Shown: one piece after another, positions 45,338 to 55,546 of the stretch
Numbering within the stretch: position 1 is the stretch's first letter
Layout: the number at the start of each line of letters is the position of its first letter
NCBI GenBank assembly: GCA_965248195.1
Contig: CBDFIQ010000001.1
Coordinates: forward strand, 384,001-448,000
DNA: 64,000 nucleotides
DNA from: Longimicrobiales bacterium
GTDB lineage: Bacteria; Gemmatimonadota; Gemmatimonadetes; Longimicrobiales; Gaopeijiaceae
Reading direction: 5' to 3'
The notes under the pieces: model-generated
Databases searched by the model: none
What the model was told of the DNA's origin: nothing
Seen by the model: only the letters and a program-made list of their open reading frames with translations
Program-made: the position numbers and the translations under genes

Positions 45338-47422
45338 ATGGCAACGAAAGACGGCCATCCGGGGAACGACCCGAAGCTCGAGAACGAGAGGGGTCTGAAC
45401 CGGCGAGATTTCGTCAAGACGGGAGTTGCCGCCGGGCTGGGTTCGGGCGCTCTGTTGGGGTCAGACGAGGCGAAAGCGCAGGTCTCAGCGACCGGCGCCG
45501 AACAAACCGTCTGGGACTATGAAGTAGATGTTGTTATCGCGGGAGGCGGGTGCGCAGGCCTGACCGCGGCCATTCGCGCGAGGGATCTCGGGGCCAGCGT
45601 GCTGGTGGTCGATCAGAACTTCGACCTTGGCGGCAGGATGTTGCACAGCGCGGCCCGGATGTCGCTCGGCGGAGGCGACCCGGTACAGCAGAGAGACATG
45701 AAGGGCGAGAGCGACCGGGAGGGACTCATCACGGTAGCTCCGGCCGAGGACCCGGAAGAGCTCGATGACAACATCGACCTCCTGTTCACGGACCTCACCG
45801 ACTGGTCGGTCGTCGACCCCAAAGCTCAGAGCCCCTACCGGTACAACGAGCGGGAGCTGGCGCGTGCTTGGGCCGAGAACTGTCCGGCGACTCGGCAATT
45901 CCTGATCGACAACTACGTCCGGTTCTCGAGGGTCAGCGGCACGCATGGCGGTGGAGGGTTATCGCGCGCGCGGTTGGCAACCTGCTTCCTCATGCTGGGC
46001 GACAAGACGGACATCAAGGCGGGAACCATCACGGCGGAGGACGCGGGCGTCGCCGATCGCGAGCGTTCGAGCGCGTTCGCGCCTGTGCAGATGAACAACG
46101 CGAGCCGCTCCGTCGGACCCAACGCTGTGACGAACGGTGCGGCCCTCTCACGGTCGCTCGAGTTCGCGGCAAGGGAGAAGGGCGTCGAGTTCATGCTTCA
46201 TCGGCGTTTCGACGAGATCGTGCGTGAGGAACCCTTCGCGGGCAGGGTTCAGGGAATCACGGCGCACTATTCGCCGCGGCAGCACCCCGAGACCGGTGAG
46301 CTTCTGCAGAGCTATTGGCAGAACGGCAATATTGACGAGCAGCGGGAAACCGTGACGATCAGGGCCCGCCAGGCCGTCATCCTCGCGAGCGGCGGTCACG
46401 CCGGAAATCCCGAGGTCCGCAGCATGTTCTACCCGGCCTTGCGGGAGCCCGCCTTCTCGACCAGCGGTCAGGCTCTGTTAGGCCCCATAGGTCAGGACGC
46501 ATCAGCGCTCATTGCAGGCCTGAGGGTCGGCGCGAACCTGGCGGGGATGCAACAGAACGTCTCGTATTTCACCACGTTCCACATCTCGACGCGCCTCGGT
46601 ACGCGCGATGCGTACACCAGCATGATGCCCGGTCACCCGACGTTCGGTTTCCGCAGCTCCGCCGGGTTCAATGTGGGCAACTCGGGCTTCGAAGAGTTCA
46701 TCGCCGTGAACCAAGTCGGGAAGCGTTTCTTCAACGAGGTCCGGCTTCCAGCAAGGCCCGGTCCCAGCGCGTACCCGGGCGACGGTGGCGCGCCGGGGCG
46801 GGGGCTCGCTCACACGCCGCTCGACTGGCGCAACTGCCGCAAGGAGTGGGTCCGGGAGATGTACAACTACGACCACGGCCTCGATGCGGCACTGGCGCTG
46901 AACGAGGGGTCGGAGCCTCCCGACTACTACTCGGGGCCGCTTTGGGCGGTCTTCGATCAGGATGCGGTCGAGCGTAACGGGTGGGAGCTGCGCTACCCTT
47001 ACGTGTCCGACAACGGCTACTTCTTCCGAGCCGATACCATCGAGGATTTGGCCGAAAGGATTTACGCGGGCCATGAGTTCCAGCGGGTGCCGCTGAGTTA
47101 CCTGGCCGAGACGGTCGCCACCTGGAACGGCTATGTGGAGGCCGGTGCCGATCCGGAATTCGAGCGTGAGGCGGATGCCCCCATGAGTCGCATCGCGAGA
47201 CCCCCCTTCTATGCGCTCTCGATCATGGTGATCTGGCACGATTCCTATGGCGGCCTGCGGGTCAACGGCCGGCAGCAGGTCGTGGACATGCAGGGCCAGG
47301 TCATTCCTGGCCTCTATGCGGGAGGCGAGGCGGTGGGGGGGTTCAACAAGCATGGCCTGGGCAAGGCTCACGTCCATGGTTACATCGCCGGCACCCATGT
47401 CGTCGAGGAGCCGTCCCGCTAG
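45338..47422 (+). CDS. FAD-dependent oxidoreductase (FAD_binding_2, flavocytochrome c/KstD-like) with Tat signal
   Basis: 'NRRDFVK'; 'DVVIAGGGCAGL', 'VILASGG', 'GGLRVN', 'IPGLYAGGE'. Confidence 0.9.
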   Translation: MATKDGHPGNDPKLENERGLNRRDFVKTGVAAGLGSGALLGSDEAKAQVSATGAEQTVWDYEVDVVIAGGGCAGLTAAIRARDLGASVLVVDQNFDLGGRMLHSAARMSLGGGDPVQQRDMKGESDREGLITVAPAEDPEELDDNIDLLFTDLTDWSVVDPKAQSPYRYNERELARAWAENCPATRQFLIDNYVRFSRVSGTHGGGGLSRARLATCFLMLGDKTDIKAGTITAEDAGVADRERSSAFAPVQMNNASRSVGPNAVTNGAALSRSLEFAAREKGVEFMLHRRFDEIVREEPFAGRVQGITAHYSPRQHPETGELLQSYWQNGNIDEQRETVTIRARQAVILASGGHAGNPEVRSMFYPALREPAFSTSGQALLGPIGQDASALIAGLRVGANLAGMQQNVSYFTTFHISTRLGTRDAYTSMMPGHPTFGFRSSAGFNVGNSGFEEFIAVNQVGKRFFNEVRLPARPGPSAYPGDGGAPGRGLAHTPLDWRNCRKEWVREMYNYDHGLDAALALNEGSEPPDYYSGPLWAVFDQDAVERNGWELRYPYVSDNGYFFRADTIEDLAERIYAGHEFQRVPLSYLAETVATWNGYVEAGADPEFEREADAPMSRIARPPFYALSIMVIWHDSYGGLRVNGRQQVVDMQGQVIPGLYAGGEAVGGFNKHGLGKAHVHGYIAGTHVVEEPSR

Positions 47423-47466
47423 TCGCCACCTAGCAGTGGCTTGTAGCGTCGCGCTTGCCGCCTGCC

Positions 47467-48540
47467 CTAGGGACGTGTCGGCATGGCCCGCCTGCCGTTT
47501 ACGATAGGCGGAAAGTCCCTCACCTCGTCATACACGGCCCTGATAAAGCGATCCTTGCTTTGCTGCGTGTCGCCCTGGGTCGTCTGCTCATACGGCGCCG
47601 TCAGATTCGCGGCCAGAACTTCCTCCAGCGACTTGCCCTCGTCGCGTAGCGCCGTGACTTTCGCCACGATGTCAACCAGCATGGCGCGATACGGCAGGAG
47701 ATCCTCTCTATGGATGAGCGTGCCATGGCCGGGGATCAGCCACGTGTCGGGACCGGCGATCGTCTGAAAGAGATCAATCGCCTCGATCATGCCCTTGATC
47801 GAGCCGCCGCTGGTCTGAGCGGCGAAGGGAAAGCCGAAGTTACGGTAGAAATCCTCGATGTAGATCACGTTAGCATTGCGGAAGCGAACGACGGTGTCCC
47901 CGGCAGTGTGGGAGGGCATCACCGGGATGAAATCCACCGTTTCGCCGTTCATGTACAAGGTAACGGCGGGCTCGCCGGGCGCGGAGGGATCGTAACGATA
48001 GGTCACCACCGGAATGTGGGCCGGATCGCGTGCCGGGGCCGGCTGGCCGTTGGGGCGCCGCGGATTGATCATGTCGAGCCGCAGATTTTCCTGCGCGAAG
48101 ATCACCGCCCCCTGGTTCGCGAAGAAGGCGTTGGCGCCCGTATGGTCCCCATGAATATGTGAGTTGACCAAGACCTTGATGGGGCCGTCGGTAAACGACC
48201 GGATCGCCGCCAGTGTCTTTTCGGCCACCTGTCGGTTCTGGGTGTCCACCAGCAGGATGCCATCCGGTCCGAAGAGCACCATGGCCCTGCCGCCGGACGC
48301 GTCTGGGTGTCCCCGATCAAGGCCTTTCGAACCGTGCAGAACAAGAAGATTCGGCGACATCTTTTCCGTCACCATAATCTGAATCTGGTCCCACGGCGTC
48401 TGGTAGCCCTCCGGAAACGTGTACGGGCCCTCTCCCGTCGGAACCACGATGATGGGATATTCCGCATCCTGTGCCCACACCATCGATGGAATGGTTACCA
48501 TCACGGCCACACACAAGAACAACAGTGCTGATTTTCTCAT
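47467..48540 (-). CDS. MBL-fold metallo-hydrolase, secreted
   Basis: 'NSHIHGDHTGAN', 'HTAGD', 'IPGHG'. Confidence 0.9.
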   Translation of the reverse strand: MRKSALLFLCVAVMVTIPSMVWAQDAEYPIIVVPTGEGPYTFPEGYQTPWDQIQIMVTEKMSPNLLVLHGSKGLDRGHPDASGGRAMVLFGPDGILLVDTQNRQVAEKTLAAIRSFTDGPIKVLVNSHIHGDHTGANAFFANQGAVIFAQENLRLDMINPRRPNGQPAPARDPAHIPVVTYRYDPSAPGEPAVTLYMNGETVDFIPVMPSHTAGDTVVRFRNANVIYIEDFYRNFGFPFAAQTSGGSIKGMIEAIDLFQTIAGPDTWLIPGHGTLIHREDLLPYRAMLVDIVAKVTALRDEGKSLEEVLAANLTAPYEQTTQGDTQQSKDRFIRAVYDEVRDFPPIVNGRRAMPTRP

Positions 48541-48564
48541 GAGCCCACTCCTTAGAGGCGGCGC

Positions 48565-49320
48565 CTAGCGGATATTCAGGGTCTCTCGGATCTCTCTCGC
48601 CGAGGCACCCGTTTGATATACGGGAGTCGCCCGGTCGAATTCGATGGCTCTGGCCAGTGGACCGACGATGACCGGGTCCAACCCCATGTCTCGGACCAGA
48701 TCGGCCACGATGGCCAACGCTTCCTCGTCGTCGCCAGCCAAAGGTACGCCGATCCTTTCGCCGTCAAGTATCGGGGTCGCGTACATGCGGGGGCCGACCG
48801 TATTGAACGCTTTCACGAGCCGAACGCCGGGCAGGTATTGGGCCATAGCCAGGCCCGTCCCCATCTCTAGCCACTCTTCCGTGAGGGGCCCGTCCCGGTC
48901 CGCACGAGGATTGCTGATGTCGATCACGACCTTGCCTTGCATCAAGTGGCCGAAATCCTCACCGAGCTGTGGAATCGCGATGGGGGGCACGGCCAGCAGG
49001 ATTACGTCGCCAAAAAAGGCAGCGGCATCCGCGTAACCGGCGCTGGCCCGCGGCGCCGCGCTCTGCACGAGCTCCATGAGTTCCTGGGGATTACGGGATG
49101 CGAACAGGATTTGATGGCCTGCTTCGGCCCACTGGAGTCCCATGGAGGCACCCATGTTGCCGGCTCCAATGACTCCAATCCTCAACGAGCGACCTTCCCG
49201 CTCGGCCAGGCCCGCTTGAGCGAGCAAAGGCGAGGAGCCAAGTGCGAAGGCCATCGCCGAAGCCATGAAGGCGATCAGCGGGAGTCGGAAACGCAAGATT
49301 CCGAACGTAGTCCTTGTCAT
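48565..49320 (-). CDS. NADPH-dependent F420 reductase-like oxidoreductase with signal peptide
   Basis: 'IGVIGAGNMG', 'VVIDISNP', 'VKAFNT', 'AGDD'. Confidence 0.88.
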   Translation of the reverse strand: MTRTTFGILRFRLPLIAFMASAMAFALGSSPLLAQAGLAEREGRSLRIGVIGAGNMGASMGLQWAEAGHQILFASRNPQELMELVQSAAPRASAGYADAAAFFGDVILLAVPPIAIPQLGEDFGHLMQGKVVIDISNPRADRDGPLTEEWLEMGTGLAMAQYLPGVRLVKAFNTVGPRMYATPILDGERIGVPLAGDDEEALAIVADLVRDMGLDPVIVGPLARAIEFDRATPVYQTGASAREIRETLNIR

Positions 49321-49406
49321 GTTTGAGATCAGCCGGGTCGGAGGATGGGAGTTTCAGGGCACATATATACCCGCACGGCGAACATACGCCGTCCATATCA
49401 ACGGGT

Positions 49407-49444
49407 CAAAGCCCGTCAAGGCTATAAAATGTTGGCGGGCTTTG
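49407..49444. terminator. Intergenic hairpin, possible terminator
   Basis: CAAAGCCCGTCAA ... TTGGCGGGCTTTG, 13-bp stem with one wobble. Confidence 0.45.
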
Positions 49445-49580
49445 TCTTACTGAGTGGAGCCAGCCTCGCTCAGGGAGGGTGCCGCACTTGGACGAGGGCC
49501 TTTGAAATCCCTATCCCTATCGCGGCTGGTAGATGCCCGGCCCCAAGAAACCCAACTGAAAGGGATGCGGTCGAACGCCC

Positions 49581-50051
49581 CTAACGGCGCGCGTAGCCAG
49601 CGATGAATCGGAAGTCCATCGTGTAGGACCACGTCAGGTCGGGACCTGGGAACTTGGGCCTGTTCTCGTTAATGGGCCGTGCCCGAATGGCGACAATGTA
49701 GCGCTCGCCGGCCCTGTACAGGGTGGCAGCCATCGACGCCTGGGCGCCCCGAAAATCAATCTCGGAGGGAAGGGCCGCTAGCAGGCGGGCGCACACCGGG
49801 GTATCCTCGTGCGCGCCGCCCAATTCCACGAGATCGTCAGCCGTGAGCCCAGTGAGTTGCATCCGCTCACGAGTATCGGCGTGTTCAGGCGCGGTCAGGA
49901 CCTCGATGAGCTCGGCCCGCACGTCGGCGTCCGGCGCCCCGCACGGGCCCCGGCCTTCGGGGGGGCCCTGTGCGGCGACAGGAACAGCCGCGATCATTCC
50001 GGCCACGATCAGAGTCCAGGAGCCTCTCGTCATAACTGTGCTCCTCATCAT
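49581..50051 (-). CDS. Secreted hypothetical protein
   Basis: Signal peptide; ATGA-type overlap with the upstream gene. Confidence 0.7.
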   Translation of the reverse strand: MMRSTVMTRGSWTLIVAGMIAAVPVAAQGPPEGRGPCGAPDADVRAELIEVLTAPEHADTRERMQLTGLTADDLVELGGAHEDTPVCARLLAALPSEIDFRGAQASMAATLYRAGERYIVAIRARPINENRPKFPGPDLTWSYTMDFRFIAGYARR

Positions 50052-50530
50052 CGGTAGGTGCAGGCTGGGTACGGCGTGCCGGCGGGATCGGCCGTGCTGA
50101 ATTGGTATACCCTGTCAGTTTCGAGGATGATCCCGTCCAGTACTCGCCCCGACAAGCGCTCGAAGTAGGCGAGGATCGCGACGTCCCCCGTGCTCGGGCC
50201 ACTCTTCAGTTCCGACGGCAAGGGGTAGTTCTCGCACTCAATTGGCTGCACGATCGTCCCAGTGAGCGTCGGATGTGTGTGCACGTATCCGAGCGCGTCG
50301 GTCGGCACTGCCCTGGGGATCGAGGACACGGGAATATGGCAGGCATCGGACCGCAAGATGATGTGGTCCACTTCAAAACGCCCGTCTCGTTCGACGATCC
50401 ATCCGAATCGTTCACGCTGGTCCGCCACGGGTTTGTCGGGAAACGACAGGTCCCACAGCACGGCCAGTTCGTTTCGAAACTGGGGGTCGTCGAAATACGG
50501 TTCCGGGGGGCACTCGACGACCTGGGGCAC
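50048..50530 (-). CDS. JAB/MPN-like metalloprotein domain
   Basis: 'RERFGWI', 'YVHTHP', 'GPSTGD' fit the E...HxH...SxxD signature. Confidence 0.6.
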   Translation of the reverse strand: MPQVVECPPEPYFDDPQFRNELAVLWDLSFPDKPVADQRERFGWIVERDGRFEVDHIILRSDACHIPVSSIPRAVPTDALGYVHTHPTLTGTIVQPIECENYPLPSELKSGPSTGDVAILAYFERLSGRVLDGIILETDRVYQFSTADPAGTPYPACTYR

Positions 50531-50825
50531 ACTTGCGCACCGGGCACCTCAGTTACTAACCCATCACCTTGTGCGCGAAGGCCCTGGGGCGAGGGGGGCC
50601 ACAGCCGGGAACACGGGGGCACAATCTTTCCAGAGACACTCCGTTGGCTGTGGCGTGACTACCCAGCAGACCGATAATGGTGTCGTCGACGCGTGGTCCA
50701 CCGGAGGCCTCGCGGTTGCCCCGGTGTCGTTCCCGATCTACGATTCGCGAATTCATCGCGTCGTGACGCCCATGAGGGTTACAGCGCCGTTCTATGACCG
50801 CGGGGAATCAGGAGCAACGAGCATC

Positions 50826-52997
50826 ATGAAAGTCGACCCTCGACCCTTCCGCACGTGGACTCTCCTGCTTTGCGTCGGCCTCGCCTCCGTGGCCTCGATG
50901 GCGACGGCGGCTCCGGCGTCCGCTCAGGTCCAGACGGGGACCGAGAACGGCGAGTGGCGCTATGTCGGCGGCAACGCCGGGCACACCCGCTACTCACCTC
51001 TGGAGCAGATCGACGCCGCCAACTTCGCGGATCTCGAGGTGGCGTGGATTTGGCGGGGGGACAACTTCGGCCCCAACGTCGACTACTTTTTCCGGTCCAC
51101 GCCGCTCTACGTCGATGGAGTGGTCTACACGATTGCCACGCCGCGCCGGCAGGTGGTCGCGATCGACCCCGCCACGGGCGAGACGCTCTGGGTGTTCCGC
51201 GAGCCCGAGACCGTCAGGCACCTGCGGTCCCCCAGGCAGGCCTACGGCAAGGGCCTCGCTTATGCCGAGGTGGACGGTCGCGGCGTGATTTTCGTCATTA
51301 CACCCGCGTTCTTCCTCTGGGCTCTAGACGCCAAAACAGGACTGCCCCTGGAGGATTGGGGCACCCCCATTCCGCTGGACGATTTCCCGCAGACTGGGGG
51401 CGTCGACCTAATCCCTGGCCTCGTCGGGGACTGGGGCCGCTGGCAGGACTATCTCGCCCAGGGCAACACCTACGACCCGGACCACGGGATCCCGAGAGAA
51501 CTCGGAATGGTCAGCAGCTCGGCGCCGCCGATCGTGGTCAACGGTGTGGTAGTCGTAGGCACCGGCCACGAGGCCAGCTACAACCAGACCCGGATCGAGA
51601 ATGTCCCGGGTGATATCCAGGGCTACGATGCCAGAACAGGAGAGTTTCTCTGGAAGTTCCACATCATCCCCCGGCCCGGCGAGTTCGGACACGAGACGTG
51701 GGAGAACGACGCCTGGCAGTGGTCCGGGGACATGTCGCAATGGGCTCTCGCGTCCGCCGACCCCGAGCTGGGACTCGTCTACATGGTGACGAACGCCTCG
51801 ACCGTGCAGACGTACACGGGCCAGCGCCCCGGAGACAACCTCTTCGGGGGCAGCGTCATCGCGTTGGACGTGAGGACCGGCGAGCGGAGATGGCACTTCC
51901 AGATTCACCACAGCGACCAGTGGAACTACGACCTGCCGACCCCGCCCATGCTGATGGACCTGACGGTGGACGGAGAGCAGATCCCGGCGTTGGTCCAGAA
52001 CACCAAGCAGGGCCTCGTCTTCGCGTTCAACCGGGAGACCGGTGAGCCCATTTGGCCGATCGAGGAGCGCCCGGTCATCCAGACAGAGGTCCCCGGCAAC
52101 TACACGGCGGCCACCCAGCCCTATCCGACCTTGCCGGAGCCGCTGGACGACATCGTGTTGAACGGGCTCACCGAGGAGTTCGTCATCGACTACACGCCGG
52201 ATCTGAACGCTCAGGCGCAGATCATGCTGAGTCAGTTCCGGATCGGGGGCCTCTACGTGCCGCCGCTTCCCTATAATCACGACAACGGCTTCCGCAACAA
52301 CGTCGGCTGCCAGGGGGCCGGGAACGTCATCCCGCACCCCCCGGTCGCGGATCCCACTACTGGCACGATATACGCATCGCACTACCGGAACTGCAGCGCC
52401 CCGGCGTTCATGGAGCCCACGGATGGGGAGGCCGCGGATATCCCGGACTATGCTTCGCCCGGTGCCGGCTACTCCACGCCCACCTTTACTCCGACGACGG
52501 GCACGACAGTGGCGGCGTGGTTGCCAGGCGGCGGGCCCGATCTGCGCCGCGAGCCGCTTCCGAGGATCGAGGGCCTGCGGCTATGGAAGCCGATGGACAA
52601 CCAGCTCACCGCCATGGATATGAACAGAGGCCGGCGGACCTGGTCGGTGACGGTCGGCGAGACTCCCGAGGAGATCCGGAACCACCCTCTTCTAGCGGGA
52701 GTGGACGTTCCCAATACGGGAGGCACCGGCTTTTCGATCCAGATGGTGACGGGGAGCGTCTTGGTCCAGACCAGTGCGTACAGCTCGGGGCCTGGGCAGT
52801 CGGTTCCCGACGAGCCGTTCGAGCTCCACGCGCGCGACAAGGGGACCGGCGAGATCCTGGCGAGCGTCGAGCTCCCGGCCCCCGGCCAGTACGGGATGAT
52901 GACCTACATGCACGAGGGCAAACAGTACATCGTGGTGCAGATCGGTAACGTCCACGTAGACTTTCCGGGCTCGCTGGTGGCGCTGACTCTGCCCTGA
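50826..52997 (+). CDS. PQQ-binding quinoprotein, glucose/quinate dehydrogenase-like
   Basis: 'RYSPLEQI', 'TPLYVDGVVY', 'PGDIQGYDARTGE', 'RPGDNLF', 'WHFQ..H.DQWNYD', 'GKQYIV'. Confidence 0.92.
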   Translation: MKVDPRPFRTWTLLLCVGLASVASMATAAPASAQVQTGTENGEWRYVGGNAGHTRYSPLEQIDAANFADLEVAWIWRGDNFGPNVDYFFRSTPLYVDGVVYTIATPRRQVVAIDPATGETLWVFREPETVRHLRSPRQAYGKGLAYAEVDGRGVIFVITPAFFLWALDAKTGLPLEDWGTPIPLDDFPQTGGVDLIPGLVGDWGRWQDYLAQGNTYDPDHGIPRELGMVSSSAPPIVVNGVVVVGTGHEASYNQTRIENVPGDIQGYDARTGEFLWKFHIIPRPGEFGHETWENDAWQWSGDMSQWALASADPELGLVYMVTNASTVQTYTGQRPGDNLFGGSVIALDVRTGERRWHFQIHHSDQWNYDLPTPPMLMDLTVDGEQIPALVQNTKQGLVFAFNRETGEPIWPIEERPVIQTEVPGNYTAATQPYPTLPEPLDDIVLNGLTEEFVIDYTPDLNAQAQIMLSQFRIGGLYVPPLPYNHDNGFRNNVGCQGAGNVIPHPPVADPTTGTIYASHYRNCSAPAFMEPTDGEAADIPDYASPGAGYSTPTFTPTTGTTVAAWLPGGGPDLRREPLPRIEGLRLWKPMDNQLTAMDMNRGRRTWSVTVGETPEEIRNHPLLAGVDVPNTGGTGFSIQMVTGSVLVQTSAYSSGPGQSVPDEPFELHARDKGTGEILASVELPAPGQYGMMTYMHEGKQYIVVQIGNVHVDFPGSLVALTLP

Positions 52998-53105
52998 TTC
53001 GTGCCCAGCATCCCCCGGGCCCACATCCATGCGGGTGAGCCCGTGAGCTGCGAGGTTGTTCTTCCACTCAGCTTGCCCACCGCCCTGTCGTACAGGCACC
53101 GCCGT

Positions 53106-53963
53106 TCAAACCGAAGCAAGACGATGCGCCCGGAGGAAGGACCGTATCTGGCGCACCGCCAGAGGAATCCGCTCCTGGGGCTCTTTCCACGGGAAAATGC
53201 TCACTTCGGCCTTCGGCGCGAGCATCGCGGCCTCCATGGCGACGGCGTATGGATGCGCGGGGATATCATCCGGCAGGATCAGTAAGGGCGTCTGGCAATT
53301 GCGCACGAATTCGCGTGTCACGGTGAAGACGAAGTCGGCGTTGGTGCGGTACATCCTCGTCAGAAATCGGTCGACCATTTCCATCGTGACGTCGGGCCGA
53401 CGGGCGGCCAGCGCAGGACCCCAGCCCCTCATATTGTTTTCGTAGAAGTAGTCGGGCGTCTCCGGACTCCAGCCGCTGGGCTGCGCCAGCACGGCAGCGA
53501 CGACTCGGTCGGGCGCGCGTTCGAGCAGGTTCCAGATGAAGGGGCCGCCGATGCAGAAGCCCAGTACCATGAACTTGTCGATGCCCAAGTGATCCATCAG
53601 ACCGAGATGGTCATCGGTATGGGCATCCCACGGTCGGTCGACCTCGAGCGGGCCGGAGGACTGGCCGTCATTGGCGTTTCGCAGGTCCGACCCGATGCAG
53701 CGGTACTCTCCCTCGAACTCCTCGATCGGGTTGAAAGGTCCGCGGGCCAAGCCGGAAAACGTCGAGTTCAATCCCCCGCCGGGGATGAGCAACAACGGGA
53801 AGCCGGAACCGGCCTCCTCATAGTAGATACGAACGGGGCCTCTTTCGTAGAAGGAAATGTCCGTCCCACTCTGCCCAGTCTGCCGACCAAACACGCGCTG
53901 CGCTGCGGCCAGCGCCGTCGCCGCGGCGCCCGCTGCCAGGATGCTGCGTCTACTCGGATCCAT
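53106..53963 (-). CDS. Alpha/beta hydrolase with Tat-like signal (Cys at the nucleophile elbow)
   Basis: 'SRRSILA'; 'LLIPGG', 'GFCIGG'. Confidence 0.85.
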   Translation of the reverse strand: MDPSRRSILAAGAAATALAAAQRVFGRQTGQSGTDISFYERGPVRIYYEEAGSGFPLLLIPGGGLNSTFSGLARGPFNPIEEFEGEYRCIGSDLRNANDGQSSGPLEVDRPWDAHTDDHLGLMDHLGIDKFMVLGFCIGGPFIWNLLERAPDRVVAAVLAQPSGWSPETPDYFYENNMRGWGPALAARRPDVTMEMVDRFLTRMYRTNADFVFTVTREFVRNCQTPLLILPDDIPAHPYAVAMEAAMLAPKAEVSIFPWKEPQERIPLAVRQIRSFLRAHRLASV

Positions 53964-54109
53964 GATCGGCGTTCTCCTTACTCATTGTCGAGTCAGTGTC
54001 AAACGCTGAAAAACGGGCTGAAGTTAGCTACCGGTAGGATTTATTATCAAGGACGGTGTCAACAAAGACCGAATACACTTAGACGACGATTCTGGACGTC
54101 TGAGACGAT

Positions 54110-54145
54110 TCTGCTTGCGCCTACCGCCCCACTCTCGGATGTTGA
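54110..54145 (+). repeat. Repeat A copy 2
   Basis: 35/36 identical to copy 1. Confidence 0.9.
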
Positions 54146-54171
54146 GCGCAGCCTGAACTCGGAGTGCGCCA

Positions 54172-54321
54172 ATGTCCGAACCCGTCACCCGCCTGAACGC
54201 AGCCCTAGAGGGCCGCTACGCCATCGAGCGTGAGTTGGGCGAAGGGGTCATCGGCGAGGGAAGACACCCGATCAGATTGCGAACTGGAGTGCGTCCAACA
54301 GACAGGGAGCCAAAACTATGA
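54172..54321 (+). pseudogene. 5' fragment of a Ser/Thr protein kinase gene (49-aa ORF)
   Basis: MSEPVTRLNAALEGRYAIERELGEG breaks in the Gly-rich loop; stop overlaps the next ATG. Confidence 0.8.
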
Positions 54322-55289
54322 AAACTAGCACCGGGCAACCGCTCTCACGACGGGCTGCTCTACGTAGCATGGGGGTCGGGATCGCCCTCATTACGAGCGT
54401 CGCAGCTGGCGGATGTGCATCGCAAATAGACGATCCGGCGCCACGGATCATTGTCTCAGGAGCCTCCGGTCAGATCGGTGGCCGGGTAGTGGAGGAGCTG
54501 CTCGCTCGCGGAGTTCGACCCGCAGACCTCATCCTGGTGAGCCGAACGCCCGAGCGACTCGAACGATACGCAGAACTCGGGGCCAGCACCCGGTTTGGCG
54601 ACTTCCTCCAACCCGAATCCCTGGAGACGGCCTACGAGGGCGGTGACCGGATGCTCCTGATCAGCCTCAACAGCAGCAACCCCGATCCACGAGTACCGGC
54701 GCAGCGTGTCGAGCTTCAGCAGACCGCCATCGACGCGGCCATCGAGGCCGGGGTAGAGCACATCGTCTATACCTCAATCGTGGACGCTGACAACAGCGTG
54801 TCCCCGATTGCGGTATGGCACCGAGCGACGGAGGCAGACCTGCGGGAGAGCGGGGTCACTTGGACGGCGCTCAGGAATCAGTGGTATGCAGACGGACTCG
54901 TGACCCAGGCCGCTCGCATGGTTGAGGACCGTCGCGTGGTGGTGCTCCCGGACGATCCTGGGACCGCGTTCGTGACCCGCGAGGACTGTGCTGTTGCGGC
55001 AGCCGTTGCGCTCATGACGCCTGGCCACGAAAACCGAGTTTATGAGATCACTGGTCCGGCACTGGTCCGAATGCGCGACATCGCCTCGATCGCCAGCGAG
55101 ATCAGTGGCATCGAAATCGAGGTGATCGAGGCGGGGCCAGAGGACGAGGTTCGGGCACCTCGGCCTTCTGGAACCACCCTGACAACTCACTTCAGGGACA
55201 TCACTGGAGAGCCTGGCACCACAGCCCGAGACTTGTTGGAGGCGAACCGAGATGTGCTTCTGGAGGCCCGTGGGGGTGAGAGCCGGTGA
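54318..55289 (+). CDS. NmrA-like NAD(P)H-binding protein, Tat lipoprotein-like signal
   Basis: 'SRRAALR...AGGC'; 'VSGASGQIG', 'AGVEHIVYTS', 'H.ATE'. Confidence 0.88.
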   Translation: MKTSTGQPLSRRAALRSMGVGIALITSVAAGGCASQIDDPAPRIIVSGASGQIGGRVVEELLARGVRPADLILVSRTPERLERYAELGASTRFGDFLQPESLETAYEGGDRMLLISLNSSNPDPRVPAQRVELQQTAIDAAIEAGVEHIVYTSIVDADNSVSPIAVWHRATEADLRESGVTWTALRNQWYADGLVTQAARMVEDRRVVVLPDDPGTAFVTREDCAVAAAVALMTPGHENRVYEITGPALVRMRDIASIASEISGIEIEVIEAGPEDEVRAPRPSGTTLTTHFRDITGEPGTTARDLLEANRDVLLEARGGESR

Positions 55290-55424
55290 AGTTGGAGCAC
55301 CGCTTGAGTTCACCTCGGGTTCGAGCTGGGCGGGGAAAGGACGCCGAGGGACTGCCGCCGCAGTTCAGCGAGATCCAATGGCTGGAAGTCGCCGATGCTC
55401 CCGATCGAATTGTGGAGGGGTTCA

Positions 55425-55451
55425 CGTCTTCGTGGAAGGCGTGGTGATCGT
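55425..55451 (+). repeat. Repeat B, partial copy (27 bp)
   Basis: CGTCTTCGTGGAAGGCGTGGTGATCGT, identical to the core of the other copies. Confidence 0.85.
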
Positions 55452-55546
55452 GCGAGCTGACCCTGGCTGACGACCTCAAGCACGAGCGCAGTTCAGGGAG
55501 CCACTTTTTCTCTAAACTACGACAAGAAAATGACGGAGGTGGTGTC

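Noticed and set aside
49445..49475. tRNA 3'-end/att remnant (GCTGGCTCCA on the minus strand before a hairpin)
   Set aside because: No T-arm (GTTCRA) or cloverleaf; the match is too short
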